A stretch of DNA of 63,986 bases, the filler included, from Octopus bimaculoides (Eukaryota): the NCBI RefSeq assembly GCF_001194135.2. It is 5 parts of 5 records of this genome, joined end to end, with 100 filler letters (N's around TTAATTAATTAA, not from the genome) between each part and the next. Parts side by side here need not be neighbours in the genome. Positions count along the whole stretch, not along the records: positions 29,863 to 58,079 come from NC_068991.1; 4 more parts are not named here. One strand, written 5' to 3'. The translations under genes were made by a program, and so were the position numbers. The notes below the pieces were generated by a model. That model did not search any database and was not told where the DNA came from. It was given only the letters and a program-made list of their open reading frames with translations. Of this stretch, positions 36,055 through 48,758 are shown piece after piece. Every line of letters begins with the position of its first letter. Position 1 is the first letter of the stretch.

Positions 36055-36850
36055 NNNNNNNNNNNNNNNNNNNNNNNNNNNNNNNNNNNNNNNNNNNNNN
36101 NNNNNNNNNNNNNNNNNNNNNNNNNNNNNNNNNNNNNNNNNNNNNNNNNNNNNNNNNNNNNNNNNNNNNNNNNNNNNNNNNNNNNNNNNNNNNNNNNNNN
36201 NNNNNNNNNNNNNNNNNNNNNNNNNNNNNNNNNNNNNNNNNNNNNNNNNNNNNNNNNNNNNNNNNNNNNNNNNNNNNNNNNNNNNNNNNNNNNNNNNNNN
36301 NNNNNNNNNNNNNNNNNNNNNNNNNNNNNNNNNNNNNNNNNNNNNNNNNNNNNNNNNNNNNNNNNNNNNNNNNNNNNNNNNNNNNNNNNNNNNNNNNNNN
36401 NNNNNNNNNNNNNNNNNNNNNNNNNNNNNNNNNNNNNNNNNNNNNNNNNNNNNNNNNNNNNNNNNNNNNNNNNNNNNNNNNNNNNNNNNNNNNNNNNNNN
36501 NNNNNNNNNNNNNNNNNNNNNNNNNNNNNNNNNNNNNNNNNNNNNNNNNNNNNNNNNNNNNNNNNNNNNNNNNNNNNNNNNNNNNNNNNNNNNNNNNNNN
36601 NNNNNNNNNNNNNNNNNNNNNNNNNNNNNNNNNNNNNNNNNNNNNNNNNNNNNNNNNNNNNNNNNNNNNNNNNNNNNNNNNNNNNNNNNNNNNNNNNNNN
36701 NNNNNNNNNNNNNNNNNNNNNNNNNNNNNNNNNNNNNNNNNNNNNNNNNNNNNNNNNNNNNNNNNNNNNNNNNNNNNNNNNNNNNNNNNNNNNNNNNNNN
36801 NNNNNNNNNNNNNNNNNNNNNNNNNNNNNNNNNNNNNNNNNNNNNNNNNN

Positions 36851-36912
<62 letters not shown>

Positions 36913-36984
36913 GGGGAAGGTACATATTGCGGGTGTCCCGAATATAACAACCAGAGCAATAATGTTAAATGATGATTCTGTCAA

Positions 36985-37190
36985 CTTTTGGCACAAACCC
37001 AGCAAGTTTTAGAAAGGAATTAGTTGATGCCATCGACTTTAGTGTTTGACTGGAACTTTTATCATCCCCTAGGGGTGGAAAATGAAAAGGAAAGTTGATA
37101 TCAGCGAGATTTGAATTTAGAAGGTAAAGGGTTGGGATGATTAGTGCAAAACACATTTTTTCCCGAACCCACTAACGATTCTGCCAAATA
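36985..37190 (-). mobile_element. Diverged SINE family E
   Basis: ttttggcacaaacccagcaag, catcgact, gatttgaatttag and ctaacgattctgcca. Confidence 0.6.
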
Positions 37191-37549
37191 ACAGCAGCTA
37201 ACAACAATAATAATAATAATAATCATAAAGCGATGTCCTAATCAACTAGCGAAAAGATCGAACATGCCAAACAAATATAAGCAATAATCAGATATATGTT
37301 CGCAATAACAACTACTGCAATATAGACAACAGTAAACAACAACACAAAACTGTAACAACGGCAACAATAACAAACATGGAGTTTTTTTATGTGAAATAAT
37401 GTATTGGGGGTGGCGTGGAATGTGATGGAAGAGAGGGGTGAAGAGATATTTGTTCGAAGAAGATTAACACAGCAAAGAGGAAATAACATAACAATAACAC
37501 CACCAGGAACCAAATCGTGCCAATAGTATTGAAAGCAAAGCCTTTTTGA

Positions 37550-37614
<65 letters not shown>

Positions 37615-37845
37615 GGCGACGAGCTGGCAGAATCGCTGGCGTGCAGGACGAAATTGCTTGTCTGCATTTCTTTTTGTTCATCATATTCTGTGTCTAAATC
37701 TAAATCTTGCCCGAAGTTTCAATTGTGTCTTTCATGCTCTCGGGGGTCGGTAAAATAAAGCGCCAGTCGAGTACTTTGGTTGTTGTAACCGACTATCCTC
37801 CTACTGCAAACATTCAGGCCTTTTAACCTATAGCAGAAAGGATTA
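37615..37845 (+). mobile_element. Diverged SINE family E
   Basis: ggcgacgagctggcagaatcg, ctttcatgctctcgggggtcggtaaaataaag and gtaaccgactatcc. Confidence 0.65.
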
Positions 37846-38007
37846 ATGATATCATTATTATTATCATCATTGTTGTTGTTGTTGTCGTTGTTATCAATAT
37901 CACTATCATCATCATCATAATCATCATCATCATCATCATCACAGACATACTGATAGATACACACATACATCCACATAGAATTATACTGGCACAACGCGTG
38001 AACGCGT

Positions 38008-38061
<54 letters not shown>

Positions 38062-38426
38062 ACACGCACGCAGATGATGGCATATCGAACACATGTCTCC
38101 GTTTGGTTCACACGCAAACACATCCCTCCGTTGGCATGCTTCCTTTCAATGAAGTTAGATGTCACGCTTCGCTATACACGCACGCACTCACACATGTACT
38201 TACACACGCACTTACACACGCACTTACACACGCACTTACACACGTACATACACCTATGCATATACAATTGAAATTCTGATAATTCGACAGATGAAACCGC
38301 ACTAAAACGTAGCTCTATACTTTCTTTTCATCGAAGTTAAATCATTTTCAATTTGTACTGTGTACGCGCGCGCGCATATTTGTAAGCCTATGTGCACATA
38401 GGCACACACACACACATACACACACA

Positions 38427-38490
<64 letters not shown>

Positions 38491-39107
38491 CACACACACA
38501 CACACTCATGTATGTGTTTATGAGTGTGTATATATATATATGTATATACATATATATTTGTGGGTGTAGATATGTGTGTATGTATGCAGACACAAATACT
38601 TACACGTGGGTGTAGATATGTGTGTATGTATGCAGACACAAATACTTACACACGTGTATATTCTCTGGGCATGTGTATACAGTATTTATTTATAGATACA
38701 TTCAGCGAAGCATTCATTTGTATGTGCGGACATTCAGGCTAGAGTCTAATGTGCGCATGCCTACACGCGTATAAACAAAATCCACGCGCTATGCAAGCAT
38801 TACATATCTTCAGACATTTTATACATGCGTACACACAGGCGCGCGCACACACGTACACAAACACACTCAAACACACACACACACACACACACACACTCGC
38901 ACACATGCGGGCATATACAGACACGCATGCACGCATTCTCATGCTGGCTCATTCACTTGCATATGCAGGCATGCACAGACATATATATATACATTGCAAA
39001 CCGACCAGGTATTCGTGTCGCCTAATATCGATCACTTGCGACTGCATACACTGCCACACATCATCGTCGTCGTCATCATCTTCCTCATTATCATCATCAC
39101 CATCATC

Positions 39108-39195
<88 letters not shown>

Positions 39196-39614
39196 TCAGA
39201 CTATAATCACCAGCGAGACAATCACAGCACCAATACCAACAGTACTCGATATAATCATCTATGAATCATTCTTTCCCTCCCACTTCGCCTCCTTCTCTTT
39301 CTCTTTTCACTCCTCTTTTCCCTGATTGTTTTCCCGCTGTTACGAATGATGTGATGTCGTGATGTACATTCTTTCTACTGTCAATGATTTTTACTCTCGC
39401 GCGAAAACTGCACTGNNNNNNNNNNNNNNNNNNNNNNNNNNNNNNNNNNNNNNNNNNNNNNNNNNNNNNNNNNNNNNNNNNNNNNNNNNNNNNNNNNNNN
39501 NNNNNNNNNNNNNNNNNNNNNNNNNNNNNNNNNNNNNNNNNNNNNNNNNNNNNNNNNNNNNNNNNNNNNNNNNNNNNNNNNNNNNNNNNNNNNNNNNNNN
39601 NNNNNNNNNNNNNN

Positions 39615-39646
<32 letters not shown>

Positions 39647-40769
39647 TATGGGGCGCTCTCCATGTGTGTTTTGTGGTTTTGATAATGATTTCATGGCACA
39701 AAACCCCAAAGTCGGAAGAAATATTTATATGCCTACAGTCCTGTCCCAGACCTCTAAGAATTGTTCTTACAAATAAAATATGTATCCGAATGATGTTGTC
39801 ATTCTTGCGATATGTTAGAGTATAGTGCAAAACCTAAACGTGTGAGTTCAATTCTAAATCGCTCACGGACAGCCAAATCATGTTTGCAGCTAATAGACCC
39901 GTTGTCATCAGGTATAATAAAACCTACCAAATGTGACATGGAAGGTTGTTTTACATTGTTACATAGATTAGACACAACATCCTGTTATACGCACGCTCAC
40001 GCACACACAGACACGAGTGGCTGCTCACACGCATAACCATACTACCACGCATAACAGTATAATTACAAATCACTTTTTTCTGTAATTCGATGTGTGCGTA
40101 TATACAAATGCGTATGTATGTATGTATGTATGTATGTATGTATGTATGTATGTATGCATGTATGTATGTATGTAAACACAGATATTCATACATGCATATA
40201 TACATACACATGTAAACCACAAAATTGGATACGCAGCTATGCATGAATTTGAACACACAAACACACTTACACACACAAACACACTTACACACACAAACAC
40301 ACACACAGATGCATACATACATATAACTATATATGAAAGTTATAGTAATTATTTTGTGATTTAGAAAAAAATTAATTACTTTTTCTACCTTTCGAGATCC
40401 CAAACAAATATCAAACTATTTCTTCGAATTCAATTTTTCTTTGTTAGTTTTGGTTTTCATGTTTTTCTTTTGTTATATATTTATATTTATTCATTATTCA
40501 TTTATTGTTCCTTTTTTGTTTTTTGTTTTTTTATAGTCGTTTCGTAAAAGAACCGAAGAACAGATGACAGTCCAAGAAAAAAAAAAAAAGATAAATAACA
40601 AGAAATCAGAACACTAACAGACATTTCTGTGTTGGTGTTGGACAACTTTTGGCAGGAAAAAAAAAAAGGAGCCGAGTGGAATAAATTTATTTTGACACGC
40701 TACATTAGTACAATAGCTACCACTACTTCTGCTACTACTGCTGCTCCTGCTGCATTATCAGAATTACTG

Positions 40770-40945
40770 ATAAACGAACCAATCGACTAAACAGACTAAC
40801 TGACCAATTGGAATACAGCGAAATACTAGGCTGACGAAAGACGGAGACAGCATCAACGGGACTGGCTCATATTCTCAGATAACTTTCCAACAGTGAAAAT
40901 AAGCATGTTTCACACGCTGGCCATATGTGTCGCCATTTGGAGCCG
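40770..40945 (+). promoter_or_regulatory. Candidate proximal regulatory segment of the INSM gene (CCAAT boxes, E-boxes)
   Basis: Non-repetitive island about 730-900 bp upstream of the ATG, with aaccaatc, gaccaattg, CATATG (40922) and CATTTG (40934). Motif matches only. Confidence 0.3.
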
Positions 40946-41668
40946 AGGACATACAGGTTAGACCACAGAAACTGTTATATATCTTTCACAATCTAGCTAA
41001 AAGAGTCATGTTCCATGGTTTCGTACCATTCTGCATGTCTCTTCTGACAAATAAAAGACACGCTGAAAGAACGTTATTTGATGCCGATAAATTGGCCTTA
41101 AAACTATTTATATTGCTCTGCAAAGAATTAATTTAAAAGATAGAAAAAACGTGAAAAAAGTATAAGAAAAAGAAAACTGAAAAAGACAAATATTCATTTA
41201 TATACCAAACATATATTCACACATAATATACATATATATATATATACATATCCATCTATATTTATATCTATATTTATATCGTCTATTTATAAACTATATA
41301 TGCCTGTCGTTATCTGTTGTTAATTATCATATCTACATATTTGCATAAATATATGTATATATAAACGCACACATAATCATATACATATATAAACTATACA
41401 TATATATGTATATAAGTACCCTTTTTGCTATAAAACAACATATATATATATATATACATACATGCATATATCATATCTATATAGATACGGATAAATTATT
41501 TATTGTCTAAGCTTCTATGAAATAACTTGTTTTGTAAATTTTTCTTTATTATTTTCTTTGAAATAACACCATTCCATAAGTGTTGGGAACAACAAAACAA
41601 CACCAACCATAAACACAGACATATAAAACACTAGTAGAAATACTGACCAATAACTCCAAGAATTCAAA

Positions 41669-43714
41669 ATGCCACGTGGATTTTTGGTGAAACGAACAAA
41701 GAATGCTGCGGCATTCTCTTACAGAGTTCGGAATTCCGATGACAGTGATTCTGATCATGAACACATTCAAACAAATTTCGGTTCTCCAGATTCTGGATAT
41801 TCTCCAAGTCCGATATCATTGACTCCACGCGAGAGAGATCTCCATGCCTTTGACAGGGACCCGACACAAGGTACCACCCTGCCCTCGTCTCCGTTGCCAA
41901 GTTATCCGTCCCCACATTACTTTTATGCCTTCGACAGACTGAGCGTTTCTAATTGTTCACCAGTCAACTTGACCCCTGTGAAAAACGAAACCGGAACTGC
42001 TGCTCTTTCCAGCCCTAACAAACGCAGGGGTCCGGCCGAAGCCGAGAAAAAGGTGAAAACGCCCAAGAAGCCGAAAGCTTGTCGTAAAATTAATTTCGAC
42101 GAGGACAAGACGTCACCCGTATCGGGTACAATCATCAAAGACATTTCTGATACGGACGAGGAAGGACAAGTTGTGTGCGGAGACATTGACAGTGCCTTTA
42201 ACTATGTAGAGATCACGGCGGAAGCTAAGGCTGAGCTGGAAAAAATCGAGAACAAAATTGGCGACTATGTCTGTCAACTATGCAAAGAATATTTTGACGA
42301 TGCCTTCCAACTGGCTCGCCACAGATGCTCACGCATCGTGCATGTAGAATATCGGTGCCCTGAATGCGACAAAGTTTTCAACTGTCCAGCCAACCTCGCT
42401 TCGCATCGGCGTTGGCACAAACCGAAAACCGCGTCCGACAAGAAGAACGTCCCCACTCACATACTGCCGGCCAGCATCCCGTCGGTTGCTCTCAACAGTA
42501 ACCATAGCAACGGAACAAATGGAGATCCGATGGACGAATCCAGCGACAAATGTGACAGTCCACGAATGCTAACGTCACCTCCTGGCTCGCCGAACAACTA
42601 CACAGCTTCCACACATCACCACCAGTTCTTCAATTCGAACTCCTCACCATCTCCGTCGTCCGCTTCACCTCCAGCCGTCACCATCAACGACTGTCCGTCG
42701 TCCACTGTCGAAGAAGGACAATTCCAGTGTGAGATATGTTTCAAAAGGTTCCGCCGTCAAGCCTACCTGAAGAAGCATATTCTTAACCATAACAATGACC
42801 GAGCCAAGCAACAACAACAACAACAGCCGCCAGAACAACAACAGCAACAACAACAGTCAGAGCAGCACCTTTCATTGCAGCAACAACAACAACAACAAAG
42901 TGAAACTAGTCAGCCCTCAACTCACAATCACTTACAAAACCAACCCACCGACTCGCCACCTCATAGTTATTTCCAACACAAACACCAACTCCATCAACAC
43001 AACAATCAAAACCTCACGCAAAACAACGGTAGCAGCAACAACAACAACAACAACGCTAACAATAACAACAGCGACATTAGCAGCAGCAATAACAACAACA
43101 ACAATAACAACAACAACAGTAGCAACAGCAGTAACAACAACAATAACGACACAGATTCCAATGGCAACAAAGAGCCGACTTCTTCGCTAAACAGCAATGT
43201 AAATACACAAAACGGTGCGTCGAGCAATAACAGTTCTAGTATGGAGGTCAACGAGTGTAGTAGTGAGAGTATGGCCACCACGACCAGCTGTAGTACTCCG
43301 GCTGCAACAAATGATACCATCACTAATGCTACGAGCATTGCAAGCAACGGTAGTAACAGCAGCCTCACGACCACTGCCTCAACGACCACCACTACTACCA
43401 CGACCACCACTACCAATACCAACACCACCACGACCGGCAACAGTAATAATAACAACAACAGCAACAACAGCAGCAGCAATGGTAACGGAACCACTGCCCA
43501 CCTATCATGCGACCACTGTAATAGCATTTTCACCACAAAAACGGCTCTCGAGAAGCACAGCCGGACGCACAGTGGCGAGGTTTTCACCTGTAAGTACTGC
43601 TCAAGTCGCTTCTATAGTTCTCCAGGTCTTACCAGACACATCAACAAATGCCATCCCTCCGAAAATAGACAGGTCATTCTTTTACAATTGACCCCAGTTA
43701 ACCGACCTTGTTGA
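41669..43714 (+). CDS. INSM1: Insulinoma-associated protein 1-like (INSM/IA-1/Nerfin/EGL-46 family) SNAG + zinc-finger transcriptional repressor, single coding exon, 681 aa
   Basis: N-terminal SNAG motif MPRGFLVKR, then SYRVR and RKINFDEDKTSPVSG. Fingers: CQLCKEYFDDAFQLARHRCSRIVHVEYRCPECDKVFNCPANLASHRRWHKP (42266..42418), CEICFKRFRRQAYLKKH (42722..42790), CDHC..H...H (43502..43570), and CKYCSSRFYSSPGLTRHINKCHPSENRQVILLQ (from 43583). These match INSM1 motifs as I know them. In-frame upstream stop at 41651 and an aaaATG context. Confidence 0.97.
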   Translation: MPRGFLVKRTKNAAAFSYRVRNSDDSDSDHEHIQTNFGSPDSGYSPSPISLTPRERDLHAFDRDPTQGTTLPSSPLPSYPSPHYFYAFDRLSVSNCSPVNLTPVKNETGTAALSSPNKRRGPAEAEKKVKTPKKPKACRKINFDEDKTSPVSGTIIKDISDTDEEGQVVCGDIDSAFNYVEITAEAKAELEKIENKIGDYVCQLCKEYFDDAFQLARHRCSRIVHVEYRCPECDKVFNCPANLASHRRWHKPKTASDKKNVPTHILPASIPSVALNSNHSNGTNGDPMDESSDKCDSPRMLTSPPGSPNNYTASTHHHQFFNSNSSPSPSSASPPAVTINDCPSSTVEEGQFQCEICFKRFRRQAYLKKHILNHNNDRAKQQQQQQPPEQQQQQQQSEQHLSLQQQQQQQSETSQPSTHNHLQNQPTDSPPHSYFQHKHQLHQHNNQNLTQNNGSSNNNNNNANNNNSDISSSNNNNNNNNNNSSNSSNNNNNDTDSNGNKEPTSSLNSNVNTQNGASSNNSSSMEVNECSSESMATTTSCSTPAATNDTITNATSIASNGSNSSLTTTASTTTTTTTTTTTNTNTTTTGNSNNNNNSNNSSSNGNGTTAHLSCDHCNSIFTTKTALEKHSRTHSGEVFTCKYCSSRFYSSPGLTRHINKCHPSENRQVILLQLTPVNRPC

Positions 43715-43846
43715 TTACAAATATCAATACAAACAATGAATTTTGTCATCGTCATCAACAATAGCAACAAACAATAAACAGCAACAACTACAACAGCCAG
43801 ATCTGTCTAAGAACAATAATTCAACATCAACAACAACAACAACAAA

Positions 43847-43878
<32 letters not shown>

Positions 43879-43880
43879 TA

Positions 43881-43929
<49 letters not shown>

Positions 43930-44464
43930 TAATAATGATGATGATGATCAACTGTCTCTTTATTTAAAAGTATGAAACCGAGACAAATTATTTTAATGAG
44001 TGGTCTATACTTACACCCCTCTTGAAATTATATACCTTTCTGTGAGAAGATAAAAGCGAAGTTCGTTGGTTGGTCACCAACACAACAATACCTGCAAGTG
44101 AAATACGAACTCTCAAACGAAAAGATAGCCAGGCAGGTGTAGTAAGTCCAGTAATTTGATCTACCCGGCCATTGCACACCCTAACCAGTCCTATCCCAAA
44201 ATATCATCATCAGCCTTATCGTTAACAGAAGTATCAATATCAACATTATAACTATCAACAAAGTGGCAATTTTCCATTACAAAAACTCGAAATTATCAGT
44301 ACAAATTATACCGCCATTATACTATAACGGGACAATTTACTCGTGTCATTCCTATTGCTATAACATCGTAGTTTTACTAACTCTTATTCACAACCAGTAA
44401 TCTCAAACACAAACAACAGTAACTAAATATAAACAACAAAACAGATGAAAAAGGCGCCAAAAAC

Positions 44465-44470
44465 AATAAA
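44465..44470 (+). terminator. Candidate polyadenylation signal for the INSM transcript
   Basis: AATAAA about 750 nt after the stop. Another occurs at 43773. In such AT-rich DNA this is weak evidence. Confidence 0.3.
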
Positions 44471-45782
44471 GACCGTGAAAGTAAAAAAAAAAAAAATGAA
44501 GGAAAAAAATGAAAGCAAAACAATAAATTAATTAATTAATTAATTAATTAATTAATTAACAAAAAACGAAGAAAGGAATTGCAAAAATAATTCAAATAGT
44601 GAGAAAGTATATAACTAAACTAAAAATAATCTAGGGAAGAAATGAGGTGGTGGTAGAAAGACAGACGAAAAGAAAAGTTCTGTGACGGAACGAAAGTTGC
44701 GTATCAGTAGTAACACTGGATTCTTCCTCGATGTCTTTCAAACTATATCGTCCGTGTGAAAGAGAAATCGTAAGATAAAAAAGGAAATGAAAAAGAAAGA
44801 AAACTAAAAGAGAAAGTAGGGGAATTAAAAGCAGGTGANNNNNNNNNNNNNNNNNNNNNNNNNNNNNNNNNNNNNNNNNNNNNNNNNNNNNNNNNNNNNN
44901 NNNNNNNNNNNNNNNNNNNNNNNNNNNNNNNNNNNNNNNNNNNNNNNNNNNNNNNNNNNNNNNNNNNNNNNNNNNNNNNNNNNNNNNNNNNNNNNNNNNN
45001 NNNNNNNNNNNNNNNNNNNNNNNNNNNNNNNNNNNNNNNNNNNNNNNNNNNNNNNNNNNNNNNNNNNNNNNNNNNNNNNNNNNNNNNNNNNNNNNNNNNN
45101 NNNNNNNNNNNNNNNNNNNNNNNNNNNNNNNNNNNNNNNNNNNNNNNNNNNNNNNNNNNNNNNNNNNNNNNNNNNNNNNNNNNNNNNNNNNNNNNNNNNN
45201 NNNNNNNNNNNNNNNNNNNNNNNNNNNNNNNNNNNNNNNNNNNNNNNNNNNNNNNNNNNNNNNNNNNNNNNNNNNNNNNNNNNNNNNNNNNNNNNNNNNN
45301 NNNNNNNNNNNNNNNNNNNNNNNNNNNNNNNNNNNNNNNNNNNNNNNNNNNNNNNNNNNNNNNNNNNNNNNNNNNNNNNNNNNNNNNNNNNNNNNNNNNN
45401 NNNNNNNNNNNNNNNNNNNNNNNNNNNNNNNNNNNNNNNNNNNNNNNNNNNNNNNNNNNNNNNNNNNNNNNNNNNNNNNNNNNNNNNNNNNNNNNNNNNN
45501 NNNNNNNNNNNNNNNNNNNNNNNNNNNNNNNNNNNNNNNNNNNNNNNNNNNNNNNNNNNNNNNNNNNNNNNNNNNNNNNNNNNNNNNNNNNNNNNNNNNN
45601 NNNNNNNNNNNNNNNNNNNNNNNNNNNNNNNNNNNNNNNNNNNNNNNNNNNNNNNNNNNNNNNNNNNNNNNNNNNNNNNNNNNNNNNNNNNNNNNNNNNN
45701 NNNNNNNNNNNNNNNNNNNNNNNNNNNNNNNNNNNNNNNNNNNNNNNNNNNNNNNNNNNNNNNNNNNNNNNNNNNNNNNNNN

Positions 45783-45823
<41 letters not shown>

Positions 45824-46295
45824 CGTGTGTGTACTCTTACTTGTAACAAAATATCTTCAGCCGAATGGATTTATGAAAAAAATCCTTTACCCTGTTGCCA
45901 AAATACAAACTATTATTTCTCTTTGACATAAACACCACCACCACCACCACCATCATCATCATCTGGACCCTCGTCATCGACATTATCATCATCATCATTA
46001 TCATCATCGTCATCATAGTCATGGCCATCATTTCATTAATTAACATACTTTTCTTTATATTTTTTCTTCTATTTACTTCTTTCATTATTCATTATTCGCT
46101 TTTTTTTTTAATCTTCAAAATCATGTGCCTTGAACAACAAATATGATGTTTAAAATTTCCTTTAACATACACACATATACACATACCTGCACGTACATGC
46201 ACGCTCATATATGTAAGTGTGTATATATGCATGCATGTAATATACCTGCATAAAGACACACACATGAACATTAAAGTGGCATCAGAGAATGATGG

Positions 46296-46332
<37 letters not shown>

Positions 46333-47011
46333 AATAAGCAATAAGAAAAATAATGACAATAAGAAAAATAATAATAACGAGGAAGAGGAGGAAGATGACC
46401 ATGAAGAGAATCAAAAAGAAGACGGCGGACGAATATCAGCATATGATCAGGACAATGTTATGTGACTCCAGAGGGAATTTTTCTCAACGTACAGACGACA
46501 TACACGCGCTTTATCTATATATCTATACATATCACAAAGGTACCGACTCAGAACAATAGCACAATGCGACCAAGTGAAAAAAAGAAAGTGACAGCCAACA
46601 ACAAGAACAAAAACCCCTGTAAAGGACATTTTTTTTTTTCTATTTTATACATTATTTTTTTATTTCATCATCTGCCTTCTGTTATGTGACGGACTTATAT
46701 TTTATCCCACCTGGTGGTTAACAGGTAAGCTTTATAGAGTACTCTATGATTTATTGAACAAAAAAAAAAAAAAGTGCCTCCGTATACTCTATCAGTCAAT
46801 CTGTCTATCAGTCAATTTATCTAATTGTCAATTTCTCTGTCTATCTTTCAATTTTTATCAATCTGTCGTCATCTACATCTATATAGGACTATTCCTATAG
46901 ACACACACACGCACATATATTACATATGTATGTATATGTATATTTATATTTATATATACATGCATACATAGATACATACACTCGTTGCGAAGCATATATA
47001 TATATATATAT

Positions 47012-47049
<38 letters not shown>

Positions 47050-47189
47050 CATGAACCATGTAACTATTAGATTAATTTATTCATTTTTCTTTCCCTTTTA
47101 TAAATGGAAAAGTAACGTTTAACTTTTTTATTTGCATTATATTCTATTTGTCCTCATACTAACACATATCACTAATTATTATTACTATT

Positions 47190-47236
<47 letters not shown>

Positions 47237-47289
47237 CCTCCTCCTCATCATCATCATCATCATCATTATCACCAATATTATTATTATTA

Positions 47290-47372
<83 letters not shown>

Positions 47373-48689
47373 AGTACCAACCGTGTACTAGGGCTCAATG
47401 TAATTTGTCTTCCCATAAGTACTGACGGTATTACATCCAGGTTAAAACTTACGAAATTATTCTCTACCCCCGGGCACCCACACTCCCTGCAAGAATCAAT
47501 CCAGTTCATGCCATCATCACTAGCATATATTCCATATTGCTATTAATAACAGTCCGCCGACATTAACTTTACTTTCTGTTTGTTTTGAATTTGTGGCTGT
47601 GAGATGAAATTTACTGGTTCTCATCTGAATATATAGCTGTTTCACGTATAAAGATATGTGCGTGTGTGTGCTCGCGCGTGCATGTGTGTGTGTATGTGTG
47701 TGCGTTATCTTAAACAGAAGATGAAGGCTGAAAGATTGCGGAGATGTAGAACATGCAGGATGTATTGTCTTCACAAAATGTTTTGTGATTTATGTAGACG
47801 TAGACCCTATGATGCACATGCATTATTGGTCCTGGCTGAGTACTAGAGTTCCCCTCCAGTTGAATAGTCAACCACTGACAGCACAACGCAGCGATGACTA
47901 ATAGATTTATATGGCTGAATTTAAAGATGCTTCCAAATCTATACTTATTAAATTAAACGTTTCCTAGCTCACACTAAATCACAAATCTACGAAGGAGCTT
48001 AACACAAATATACACACATACTTAAATACATACATAATTGAATACACACACACACACGTACATACATACGCACATATACCCGCGATCCAAGCTTCACAAC
48101 ATTGCCTTGTTCACGTGAGAACTTAAGTAGCGTGAAATCCGAGTCGCGATAATAAACTTAGTATAAATGATATATATTCTATAATAGATATTGAGTTCTG
48201 TCTTCTTCATTCGTTGACAAACTAGAACGTTTCAATATGTGCGTTTGAATGCGTATTTATTTATTGTCTAACATTTTACTGCAATACGTAATATTCATCG
48301 TCTATTTCTAAACAGAACGCTTAAGAGTTCACACGACTATGAAACCACATGGATTCTCGCATAAATGCTAAGGCAAGTATTATTGCCTGACCATTCCAAA
48401 TCCAGCCCATTCTATATTTTCATGACCATCTTTGAAATCGATTCATATATACACACATAGGACACATCTAGCAAGAAATATCATGGAATCGTTCTATTGA
48501 CCTTAATAACATTAGATACCAGTCATGTTTCAGAAACTATTTTATGTTTATGCTTATTCGAATACTTTACATTGACGTTAACGTTTATGAAATGCAATCT
48601 GGCTTATTCGTCCAGTTTGTGCCTTTGTGAAAGAATGAATTGAGAGAGTCATGCTAGGTGCGTGATCTTACAACGGTAAATTTTAGCAA

Positions 48690-48758
<69 letters not shown>

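Noticed and set aside
38560-38655. 46-bp direct duplication; also 12-mer repeats near 38205, 34-mer repeats near 35940 and an 81-bp duplication near 15897
   Set aside because: Ordinary slippage or tandem duplications in low-complexity DNA, with no sign of function.
41621-41628. TATAAAA 40 bp upstream of the INSM ATG
   Set aside because: It would leave a 5' UTR under about 20 nt and such motifs are common in this AT-rich flank. Not excluded, but unsupported.
43006-43691. Overlapping antisense and alternative-frame ORFs inside the INSM gene
   Set aside because: Shadows of the triplet-repeat linker, with only low-complexity content.
44200-44375. Y/Q/N-rich reading frame in the 3' UTR region (QKYQYQHYNYQQ...)
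   Set aside because: No ATG, under 60 codons, bounded by stops, and no read-through from the INSM stop.
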